This document shows, piece after piece, positions 36,612-44,660 of a stretch of DNA of 63,656 nt. This DNA comes from Phycisphaerales bacterium. GTDB lineage: Bacteria > Planctomycetota > Phycisphaerae > Sedimentisphaerales > UBA12454. The notes beneath the pieces are model-generated. The model saw only the letters and a list, made by a program, of their open reading frames with translations, had not been told where the DNA came from and did no database searches. Every line of letters starts with the position of its first letter. Within the stretch, counting starts at the first letter, position 1. The translations under genes were made by a program, and so were the position numbers. Where the stretch lies: positions 1 to 63,656 of the forward strand of contig JBDKUM010000070.1 of NCBI GenBank assembly GCA_039679715.1, in the 5' to 3' direction.

Positions 36612-38647
36612 TGAAAAACACAAAAGGAGCCGAAGCAGAAGTGGCTGAACAAACCATCGAAATACAAACCAGTAAACAACAGCTATATATAAGCGAGTAC
36701 GAAAGACTAATCAATACCGAATGGCTGCTGACCAACCGGCGCGGAAGTTTTTCCTGCGGTACCCTGGCGGCGACCAATACCAGGAGATATCACGGGCTGC
36801 TTACCGGTTCTATTACGGCAATGTCCAACAGGACTGTCGCGCTGAATAATTGTCTTGAGACGATTATCACCGCGAATTCGCAATATAATCTGAATCATCT
36901 CGAATTCGACCCCCCTTCTTTGGAACAGCCGACCGCACTTCCGAAAGGCTATGCTAAAGATATCGGGATGCACCTGACATATTTAACAGGACAATTCAAG
37001 CTTGTTAAGAGTATTTATCTTTCGAGCGAATCGGATATTGTCGCGATTGCGTATGATTTCAGCAATGTACATGAAAAATTCGAGTTTAATGTCCGGCCGT
37101 TGGCGGCTTTGAGGAATTATCATTCGCTTGGGAAAAGAAATGATAATTTCACTTCCGAATGGCATGAAGATTTTCTATCAATAACAAATAATGATATGCC
37201 CGATGCACATCTTTTCATGACAACAGACGAGATGGCTTTTGTCGAAGATAAGCAATGGTGGCATAATTTCTTTTACAGGGTGGAAAAGAGACGCGGATTC
37301 GATTACACCGAAGATTTATGGTCGCCGGGATATTTCAGGCGGACAATAGATGGGCCTGTACGGATAGTTTTATGGGCCGGATTCGGCGATGCTTCTTTTG
37401 CGCATAAAATGTCGGGTCTGGATATCGATGTAATCATCGATGATCTTAAACTGCAAAAGAAACAGCTTATAAGTAATATGAAGAATCGTGATGAAATGAC
37501 GCAGCAGCTTGCGCTGGCGGGTGATCAGTTCATTATCGATAAAAAAGTTGAAAAAATGAAAACAAAATCGATCATTGCCGGTTTTCCGTGGTTTGCCGAT
37601 TGGGGCAGAGACGCATTTATCGCACTGGAAGGTTTACTCCTTTGCCCCGGCAGATACGACGACGCAAATGCTGTTTTGCTGAATTTCGCATACAACGCGG
37701 ATGAAGGAATGATCGCTAACTTCTTCGGCGACGACCAGACAGGCGCAAGCTATAACAGCATTGACGCTTCGCTTTGGTTTATTCACGCCGCGTTCAGATA
37801 TTATAAAGCAAGCGGCGATTCACGAGGATTCAGTTCAAGGCTTATGCCTGTAATTCGCTGGATTATCGACTCATATTTACAGGGCACGAAATTCGGAATC
37901 AAAGCGGATTCTGACAGCTTAATAACAGGCGGTAATATCGATACGCAATTAACATGGATGGATGCTAAATGTGACGGCGTGGTTATCACGCCGAGAAACG
38001 GCAAAGCTGTTGAAGTGAACGCATTATGGTACAATGCGATTTGCAACTGCATGGAATTTTACCGCGGCAAAGACGCTGTACTTACCGAAAGATTTTCAAA
38101 TCTGGCCGGTAGAATCGCTGAAAGTTTCACGAGATGCTTCTGGTATCAGCAGGGAAAATACCTTTATGATTACGTCAACGGCGATTATAAAGACCCAAGT
38201 GTACGGCCAAACCAGATTTTTGCCGTTTCGCTGCCGTTTTCACCTTTAGATATTGAAAAACAAAAAGCAGTTGTCGCATGTGTTGAGCAAAATCTGCTAA
38301 CGCCGTATGGGCTGCGAACTCTTGCGCCCGGCGACAGCAAATATATCGGTACATATCGTGGAAATCCGAAAGAACGGGATTGCGCATATCACCAGGGAAC
38401 AGTTTGGCCATGGCTGATTGGCGCTTTTACGGAAGCATATCTGAAAGTCAACGAATACAGCAAGCAAAGCAAAAAAATAAGCGCAGACAGACTCGATAGC
38501 CTGCTCGAACACTTTGAACATAACGGCTGCATACAAAGCATCAGCGAAGTTTTTGACGGCGATGAGCCGCATCTGCCGGGTGCCGCATTTGCGCAGGCAT
38601 GGAGCATCGCGGAAGTTTTGCGGGCTTATTTGATAACGCACACATAA
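36608..38647 (+). CDS. Amylo-alpha-1,6-glucosidase / glycogen debranching enzyme (GDE_N + GDE_C)
   Basis: TRRYHGLL in the N-domain. GFPWFADWGRDAFIAL and YHQGTVWPWLIG in the (alpha/alpha)6 C-domain. Confidence 0.85.
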   Translation: MMKNTKGAEAEVAEQTIEIQTSKQQLYISEYERLINTEWLLTNRRGSFSCGTLAATNTRRYHGLLTGSITAMSNRTVALNNCLETIITANSQYNLNHLEFDPPSLEQPTALPKGYAKDIGMHLTYLTGQFKLVKSIYLSSESDIVAIAYDFSNVHEKFEFNVRPLAALRNYHSLGKRNDNFTSEWHEDFLSITNNDMPDAHLFMTTDEMAFVEDKQWWHNFFYRVEKRRGFDYTEDLWSPGYFRRTIDGPVRIVLWAGFGDASFAHKMSGLDIDVIIDDLKLQKKQLISNMKNRDEMTQQLALAGDQFIIDKKVEKMKTKSIIAGFPWFADWGRDAFIALEGLLLCPGRYDDANAVLLNFAYNADEGMIANFFGDDQTGASYNSIDASLWFIHAAFRYYKASGDSRGFSSRLMPVIRWIIDSYLQGTKFGIKADSDSLITGGNIDTQLTWMDAKCDGVVITPRNGKAVEVNALWYNAICNCMEFYRGKDAVLTERFSNLAGRIAESFTRCFWYQQGKYLYDYVNGDYKDPSVRPNQIFAVSLPFSPLDIEKQKAVVACVEQNLLTPYGLRTLAPGDSKYIGTYRGNPKERDCAYHQGTVWPWLIGAFTEAYLKVNEYSKQSKKISADRLDSLLEHFEHNGCIQSISEVFDGDEPHLPGAAFAQAWSIAEVLRAYLITHT

Positions 38648-38859
38648 AATTAAAATCCTAAGCACCAAATCCTAAACTCGAAACATTTTAATCCTCGATT
38701 CTTCAGGATTTTGCTCCTTGAAAACAAAATCAGAGAGGAAATTCAAAATTAGAATTTACAAATGCTCAAAACAGACGCTTCGCAGGTTTTTGAACATTTG
38801 AATTTTGGTAATTCGAATTTGTTTAGGATTTAGATATTAGTATTTAGGATTTTTTAGTC

Positions 38860-39276
38860 TTATTCTTCTTTTTCGACGGCAACAAGATTTATATAGCCGT
38901 GTTTAACGCCGCGAAGGCTGATCATTTTTTCGCCGAAAGAATTAATATCACACGCCAGTCCCCTGACTAAAAGAACCTCAAGGCAATTATGGTGGTCGAT
39001 ATAAACATGGATTGAAGAAATTGTCTTAATCGGTTTATCATGCCCCATCTTTTTAAAGACTGATGAGATGTGAGCCGTATGATGATCATAGACAAGATAA
39101 ATAGCGCCGATAGCGGGCGTTTTTTTGTGCTCAATTTTTTCCTGCGATAAATGTTCGCGAATCAAATCACGTATCGCCTCTGAACGGTTCTTATAACCTT
39201 TTTCAGAGATTTCTTTATCAAAAATTTTGAGTAAATCGCTTTCAAGCGAAACGCCTATTCGTTCAATATCACTCAT
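38860..39276 (-). CDS. nikR: Nickel-responsive regulator NikR (RHH + ACT-like metal-binding domain)
   Basis: ERIGVSLESDLLKIFDKEISEKGYKNRSEAIRDLIREHL (CopG/RHH). C-terminal His/Cys cluster (VYDHHTAH...HVYIDHHNCLEV). ATGA overlap with the cupin gene. Confidence 0.85.
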   Translation of the reverse strand: MSDIERIGVSLESDLLKIFDKEISEKGYKNRSEAIRDLIREHLSQEKIEHKKTPAIGAIYLVYDHHTAHISSVFKKMGHDKPIKTISSIHVYIDHHNCLEVLLVRGLACDINSFGEKMISLRGVKHGYINLVAVEKEE

Positions 39277-39608
39277 TTGATTTCTCCTTGATCTGAGATC
39301 GGAGCTACGCAGAAGATGTAAATTAAAGGTTCATCTGAATTATTAACAATGTTGTGTTCCGTATACGGAGGAATATAAGCGAATTGCCCTGCCTCTACGG
39401 AAATAATCTTTTTATCTATGATTGCCTGACCTTTGCCGGAGAGAAATATAAGCATTTCTTCCTTATTGCCGGTGCTGTGCAGGCCGCAATCCGTATCAGG
39501 GTTAAGAAAAACTCTTCCTGAATGTAAAGCCTTTGTTTTAGGCGGCTTAAGCAAAGACTGATATTCAGTGCTGTTAGGCAATTCCTGAACAAAAGATTTA
39601 AATGTCAT
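39273..39608 (-). CDS. Cupin-domain protein co-transcribed with nikR
   Basis: Track ORF is 39273..39650. I moved the start to ATG 39608, 7 nt after GGAGG. Cupin motifs: H...E in GLHSTGNKEEMLIFLSGKG, and PPYTEHNIVN. Confidence 0.7.
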   Translation of the reverse strand: MTFKSFVQELPNSTEYQSLLKPPKTKALHSGRVFLNPDTDCGLHSTGNKEEMLIFLSGKGQAIIDKKIISVEAGQFAYIPPYTEHNIVNNSDEPLIYIFCVAPISDQGEIK

Positions 39609-39682
39609 CAGGCGACCTCCAAAAAGATTAATTCCGGATATTTTACACAAAACAAAAAAATTTACAAATAATTTGAAATTTC

Positions 39683-39711
39683 TTGACGCGGTAATACTTT
39701 TTTAATAATAT
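39683..39711 (+). promoter_or_regulatory. Sigma70-like promoter candidate for the 39770 gene
   Basis: TTGACG (39683-39688), 17 nt, then TAATAT (39706-39711). The surrounding region contains duplicated GGTAATAC and TTATGCGCA words. Confidence 0.35.
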
Positions 39712-39769
39712 TATGCGCAATGGTAATACGATTTTATTTTTTTTATGCGCAGAAGGAAAATTTTTAATA

Positions 39770-40744
39770 ATGAGGCAAGCAGCAATATTTGTATTAGCAG
39801 TTATCTTCATGTTTACAACAGCAGGCATTAGTGATTTTCATTTTGATTTACAGGAAGTTGATGAATACGGAGTTTATACTGATTCTGATATAGGAACAGC
39901 AAAAATATATACAATTGAAGGAATAATCCTGAATAAACCGCATGAGATGGTTAATACGGCTCAACAATGGCAGATTTTTGTACAGGGAGAAAATGGCGAT
40001 AATGCCGGCACGGCGGTTTTTATGACAAAAACAAATTATCCAACTAGTCAAATTTATACAAACGCCGATTGGTTATATGAAGTAAACAGAGCGGACCATA
40101 ATTTAAATACTGCATATAGGTTTAAACCCGGCGACAGGGTTCGCGTTACAGGTTTGACATGGTTCTATCATGGCAAAACAAATATAAATGAACAACATCA
40201 AATTAATCCGGCATATAATTTTAATATTGAACTTTTGGAATCATCTGCCGGTTTACCCGAGCCGGAAGTTATCACTTTGAATATGATCGTTAATGAGCCC
40301 AATGTTCCGATTTTCGATCATACACGCGCGGCCGGCTGTGAAAAATATCAGGGTATGCTTGTGAGAATAAATGATGTAACTATTCTTGGCAGCAACTGGG
40401 GACCGGGACAAACTATGGAAATTCAGGACGCTTCCGGACTCAGATTTAATCTGCTGCTTGGAAGAGGCGAAGGCTTTACTAAATACACAAAACCGCAGGG
40501 ACAAATTGACGTAATTGGAATCTTCGATCAGGAATCCACCATTGAAAATCCCAGAATCGGCTATAGACTTTGGGTTATGAACTACGATGGAAATGGAAGT
40601 GTTCTGACAGACTGCGGGGTAACAGGTTATCGTTTTAGTGATCTAAATAAAGATTGTTTGGTTGACTTTGAAGATTTTGCCATGCTTGCAGGTGACTGGA
40701 TGAAATGTTCAAATCCGTATGATAATGAATGCACAATACCCTAA
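39770..40744 (+). CDS. Secreted hypothetical protein with a C-terminal dockerin-like segment
   Basis: Track ORF is 39713..40744. The start at ATG 39770 gives the signal MRQAAIFVLAVIFMFTTAG. The C-terminus DLNKDCLVDFEDFAMLAGDWMKC resembles the segment in the GH30 at 774..2876. Confidence 0.6.
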   Translation: MRQAAIFVLAVIFMFTTAGISDFHFDLQEVDEYGVYTDSDIGTAKIYTIEGIILNKPHEMVNTAQQWQIFVQGENGDNAGTAVFMTKTNYPTSQIYTNADWLYEVNRADHNLNTAYRFKPGDRVRVTGLTWFYHGKTNINEQHQINPAYNFNIELLESSAGLPEPEVITLNMIVNEPNVPIFDHTRAAGCEKYQGMLVRINDVTILGSNWGPGQTMEIQDASGLRFNLLLGRGEGFTKYTKPQGQIDVIGIFDQESTIENPRIGYRLWVMNYDGNGSVLTDCGVTGYRFSDLNKDCLVDFEDFAMLAGDWMKCSNPYDNECTIP

Positions 40745-41405
40745 AAATTTAAAAGGCTTTTCACTAGTTGAGCTGCTTGTTGTTATTGCAATCATAGCAA
40801 TACTGCTTTCAATAATGATTCCATCTCTATCCAGAGCGCGCCAACAAGCGAGAATTGTGGTAGTTAATCATGAGCTTAACCAAATCGGACTGGCATTGGA
40901 AGCTTATGAATTCAGCAATCATGACTGGCCAATGGTAAGACCAGATTGCGGAAATGGAGCAGAAAATATGTATTCTCTGCCGCCTGAGCTTATAAAAGGC
41001 GGTTATCTTCCTGGACACAAAAAAGGGTTATTGCTTTACAATGATATTGAAGATAAATTTTATAAAGGACATTCATACAGGTATTTAACTGTAGGGCCGA
41101 CTATCAACGCTTATGGCAAAGCAACTTCATTAAAAATGCCTTTACTTATACCGCTTTCGTATCCATCAGGCACCTGTTCAGAATTAAAAGAATATAGCGA
41201 AAAAAAAGATTCGCCAATTAAATGGATTGTATTCAGTGTGGGCCCTAATTACGATTTTAAAAATATAAGCAGAGGATTTCCATTTGATAAAGGATTTCCA
41301 TCGGTCAAGGATTTCTGGTACACTCCGCAAACAAAAAAAGGTCTTCTGTTAAGAATAAAACTGAAGAATGATCAGCACATCGGTACATTTCAGAAAAGCA
41401 AATAA
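40719..41405 (+). CDS. Prepilin-type N-terminal cleavage/methylation domain protein (pseudopilin-like)
   Basis: KGFSLVELLVVIAIIAILLSIMIPSL is a class III signal with a G/F cleavage site and E+5. It overlaps the upstream gene by ~20-26 nt. Confidence 0.8.
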   Translation: MIMNAQYPKNLKGFSLVELLVVIAIIAILLSIMIPSLSRARQQARIVVVNHELNQIGLALEAYEFSNHDWPMVRPDCGNGAENMYSLPPELIKGGYLPGHKKGLLLYNDIEDKFYKGHSYRYLTVGPTINAYGKATSLKMPLLIPLSYPSGTCSELKEYSEKKDSPIKWIVFSVGPNYDFKNISRGFPFDKGFPSVKDFWYTPQTKKGLLLRIKLKNDQHIGTFQKSK

Positions 41406-41482
41406 GCAAAAAACCTATTGTCTTTATCCAAGGCTTGTGTATCATTCTGCTCTAAGATTGATACTTATTTAAGGATGGGAAT

Positions 41483-41761
41483 ATGATTAAAGAACCGCAT
41501 ATTATTCTGGGCGTTCATGTTACAGACAGAATGAAGCACATTGTCGGCCAGCCCGGCGGCGTACAGCCGATTTTGACCGAATACGGCTGCTACATCAAAA
41601 CCCGGCTGGGTCTGCACGAGGTTAGCAATAACTTCTGTTCGCCAAACGGCTTGCTCATTCTTGAATTGGCCGGCGATGTGAACAAGTGCAAAGAGCTGGA
41701 ACAGAAACTTACGGCTATCGAAGGCATAAGCGTCCAGAAAATGGTCTTTAATCACGATTAA
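41483..41761 (+). CDS. Small ACT/NikR-C-like domain protein (TM1266-like)
   Basis: A beta-alpha-beta-beta-alpha-beta pattern: HIILGVHVTDR...ILTEYGCYIKTRLGL...GLLILELAGD...LEQKLTAIEGISVQKMVF. The family call is from memory and is weak. Confidence 0.45.
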   Translation: MIKEPHIILGVHVTDRMKHIVGQPGGVQPILTEYGCYIKTRLGLHEVSNNFCSPNGLLILELAGDVNKCKELEQKLTAIEGISVQKMVFNHD

Positions 41762-41904
41762 GTCTCTATCGGATAATTGTCCAGGATGGGATAGTATTTA
41801 AAACTATTTTTTCATAGGACAATACGATTAATCCGCAGCAGGTAAATGACCTTTTAGAAAGAGTCAGGAACGGCGATGTTTCAGTCGAAGAGGCGCAAAC
41901 TGAA

Positions 41905-42606
41905 TTGCTGCACCTCTCATTTGAAGACTTAGGCTTTGCACGCGCACATCAAAATCTAATCCACTATGGAATGCCCGATGTAATTTACTGCCCGGGCAAA
42001 AACATAGAACAAATCGTATCAATGTTTTTGTCTCTTGCCGAAAAAGGCAACAATATCCTGGCGACAAGAGCTGATGAAAGAATTTTCGATGCATTATTAA
42101 GAACCGGCAGACTGCCGAGAATTAGATTCGATAAAACCGCAAAAACAATCACCCTCGAACAGAAAAAACTCGACCATATTACAACTGTACTGCCGATAAT
42201 TACAGGCGGTACAGCGGATTTGCCCGTCGCGACCGAAGCGAAAGTTACCGCAGAGATTATGGGCCAGGAAGTCGAGTTTATCAGCGATGTCGGCAAAACC
42301 GGAATGTATAAACTTATTATGCATCTAAAGAAAATCAGGGAAGCGAATGTTGTTATCGTTGTAGCGGGTATGGAAGGTTCTTTGCCGGGGATTGTAAGTG
42401 GAATGGTTGATTGCACAGTTATAGCTGTTCCCACAAGTATAGGCTATGGCGCCAGCTTCATGGGCATCGGGCCGTTATTAACAATGCTTAACAGCACCGC
42501 GCCGGGTGTTTGTGTTGTGAATATCGATAATGGTTTTGGCGCTGCGGTCAGCGCTGTGATGATAAATAAAAAAATTCAGTCTGAAAAATCAAGTTTAAAG
42601 CTATAA
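41905..42606 (+). CDS. larB: Nickel-pincer cofactor biosynthesis protein LarB (PurE/AIR-carboxylase-like)
   Basis: EDLGFARA...MPDVIYCPGKNIEQI...ILATRA, then the PurE-like core ITGGTADLPVATEAKVT...VVAGMEGSLPG...VIAVPTS.GYG. 41905 is a TTG. The frame is open and looks homologous from 41818 (see findings). Confidence 0.8.
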   Translation: MLHLSFEDLGFARAHQNLIHYGMPDVIYCPGKNIEQIVSMFLSLAEKGNNILATRADERIFDALLRTGRLPRIRFDKTAKTITLEQKKLDHITTVLPIITGGTADLPVATEAKVTAEIMGQEVEFISDVGKTGMYKLIMHLKKIREANVVIVVAGMEGSLPGIVSGMVDCTVIAVPTSIGYGASFMGIGPLLTMLNSTAPGVCVVNIDNGFGAAVSAVMINKKIQSEKSSLKL

Positions 42607-42633
42607 ACTTTATGATTATTAAAATATGAAAGC

Positions 42634-42745
42634 TTGAGATTGCTTCGTCGATTTGCGAAGCTAAAGCTTCGCAATCTTTCTCGCAATGACAGATTTGCGT
42701 TTTTTGTCATTGCGAGGGAGTACTTTGTACGACCGCGGCAATCTC
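42634..42745. repeat. Nested palindromic element of the GTCATTGCGAG / CGAAGCAATCTC family (two units head to head)
   Basis: GAGATTGCTTCG (42635-42646), hairpin GCGAAGC-TAAA-GCTTCGC (42655-42672), CTCGCAATGAC (42680-42690) inverted to GTCATTGCGAG (42706-42716), and GCAATCTC (42738-42745) closing onto 42635-42642. Confidence 0.6.
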
Positions 42746-42782
42746 AATCGTCGAACTTTTCAACAGTCCATCCTGATTCATT

Positions 42783-43274
42783 TTACAAATCGAATTCTTC
42801 GATTTTCAAAGTCTCTGTGTCAATGATGCAGAGATTTCCTTTTCCGCAGACCCAATCGGTCGCTTCGCCGGGATTAATGATTATAGTTTTGCCGACTGTT
42901 CGAATATCTCGAAAATGAGTGTGGCCGTAAATTATAATATCATATTTCTGACTTGCAGTGATTTCATCAAGCACGCTGGGCTTGTGTGTCATAAAAATCT
43001 TTTTGCCCGCTATCTCGCCGGTATAAGGATCCTGGTGAATTTCGCCGCCAAAACTTTCAATTACGCTCTTAAGCACAAATTTTTCGCCGTCATTATTGCC
43101 GAAAATAGCAATAAATTTGGCATTAGTGGCTTCCTTAAAAGCGCGTGCGGTGTATTGCGAGACAATATCGCCTGCGTGGAAAATATAATCAACATGATGA
43201 TGGTTGAAAATCTCCACAGCTTTCAATACATTTACATGATGGTCGTGCGTATCGCTTATTATGCCAAATTTCAT
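42783..43274 (-). CDS. YfcE/MJ0936-family metallophosphoesterase
   Basis: MKFGIISDTHDH, HAGD, GNND, GHTH. Confidence 0.85.
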   Translation of the reverse strand: MKFGIISDTHDHHVNVLKAVEIFNHHHVDYIFHAGDIVSQYTARAFKEATNAKFIAIFGNNDGEKFVLKSVIESFGGEIHQDPYTGEIAGKKIFMTHKPSVLDEITASQKYDIIIYGHTHFRDIRTVGKTIIINPGEATDWVCGKGNLCIIDTETLKIEEFDL

Positions 43275-43384
43275 ATTATAACTTTCTCAAATCGAAAACA
43301 ATTATAAAAGATTGTTGAAAAAAGGTCAAACATGTATAATATTCGAGGTTTTCAGTTAATAACCATATTGAAAGGTAATAAAAA

Positions 43385-44596
43385 ATGGCAAGTGCCCCTA
43401 AAGCAAACGCAATTGTAAGTCAATCGGGCGGACCTACCGGCGTTATTAATGCCTCACTGGTCGGCGTTATTGAAGAAGCTAAAAAACATCCTGAAATTAA
43501 AAACCTTTATGGTGCGATTCACGCGGTTAGCGGCGTTGTAAAGGAAAATTTCATAGACCTTATGAAAGTTTCAAACGATGAACTCGAAGTTGTGGCGGCA
43601 AGTCCTTCTTCCGCTTTGGGTTCAAGCAGAGACAAACCGGATAACGAATATTGCAAAAAGATTCTGGATGTTTTCAAAAAACGCGACATTCGATACTTCT
43701 TCTACATCGGCGGCAACGATTCCGCTAACACATGCTATATCATTAATAACATGGCTATCGAAGCTAAATATGAATTAAGAGCTTTCCATGTTCCCAAGAC
43801 AATCGATAATGACCTGCTTGTAACAGATCATTGCCCGGGTTTCGGTACAGCGGCGAAATTCGTATCATGCGCTCTCATGGGCGATGATTTGGATAACAGG
43901 GCATTGCCGGGAATTAAAATCGATGTGATAATGGGACGCCACGCCGGTTTCCTTACAGCGGCTTCGGCTCTTGGCAAACAAAGAGACGACGACGGTCCGC
44001 ATTTGATTTATCTGCCGGAAAGACCGGTTACAATGGATAAATTCCTTTCGGATGTTGACGCTGTTTATAAAAAACTTGGCAGATGCGTTATCGCTGTAAG
44101 CGAAGGCATGAGCGATGTAGACCACAAGACGTGGGCTGAAAAAATCACCGAAACAAATGAACGCGATTCACACGGTAACGTTCAGCTTTCAGGAACTGGC
44201 GCTTTGGCTGATTTCCTCGCATCACAAATCAAAACAAAACTGAAAGTCAAACGCGTTCGTGCAGATACTTTCGGTTATTTGCAGAGAAGTTTCGCCGGTT
44301 TGCAGTCGCCCGTTGACGTATCGGAAGCACGATGGTGCGGCAGGCATGCGGTTCAGTACGCGATGAATCAACTCAACGGTTCGGTTTCCATGAAACGTAC
44401 AGGCAGCGGCAAAAATTACGGCGTTGAACTTTTCAGAACTGAACTTAAAAATGTCGCTGAAAAGACAAAATCTCTGGCTGACGAATATATTAATAAGGAA
44501 GGAAACGGCATAACACAAGCCTTTGTGGATTATGCACTTCCGCTTACAGGCGGTCTGCCGAAAACTGATTATCTGGGCAACAGGCCAAAAATTTAA
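43385..44596 (+). CDS. pfp: Pyrophosphate-dependent 6-phosphofructokinase (PfkA family)
   Basis: IGGNDS replaces the ATP-type GGDG (Asp at the 4th position), and PKTIDNDL has Lys instead of Gly. Both are established PPi-dependence markers. Confidence 0.82.
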   Translation: MASAPKANAIVSQSGGPTGVINASLVGVIEEAKKHPEIKNLYGAIHAVSGVVKENFIDLMKVSNDELEVVAASPSSALGSSRDKPDNEYCKKILDVFKKRDIRYFFYIGGNDSANTCYIINNMAIEAKYELRAFHVPKTIDNDLLVTDHCPGFGTAAKFVSCALMGDDLDNRALPGIKIDVIMGRHAGFLTAASALGKQRDDDGPHLIYLPERPVTMDKFLSDVDAVYKKLGRCVIAVSEGMSDVDHKTWAEKITETNERDSHGNVQLSGTGALADFLASQIKTKLKVKRVRADTFGYLQRSFAGLQSPVDVSEARWCGRHAVQYAMNQLNGSVSMKRTGSGKNYGVELFRTELKNVAEKTKSLADEYINKEGNGITQAFVDYALPLTGGLPKTDYLGNRPKI

Positions 44597-44660
44597 CGAA
44601 CAAACTTTTATTTTATAAGTATTTGAACTTTGAATGTCTATTTCAAGGAAAGGATAGAAT

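Noticed and set aside
39651-39770. NikR operator in the nikR-cupin / 39770 divergent region
   Set aside because: Duplicated words (GGTAATAC x2, TTATGCGCA x2) are direct repeats, not the inverted half-sites separated by 11-16 nt that are expected for NikR. They fit the genome-wide stutter pattern better.
41465-41755. 96-aa minus-strand ORF antisense to the ACT-like gene
   Set aside because: The plus-strand frame has a start in good context and a plausible beta-alpha-beta domain pattern. The minus-strand frame has neither. Only one of the two can be real.
42634-42918. 94-aa ORF starting in the palindromic element
   Set aside because: The translation (RLLRRFAKLKLRNLSRNDRFAFFVIARE...) is the known artefact of translating the GAGATTGCTTCG/CTCGCAATGAC repeats. 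The rest is antisense to the YfcE gene.
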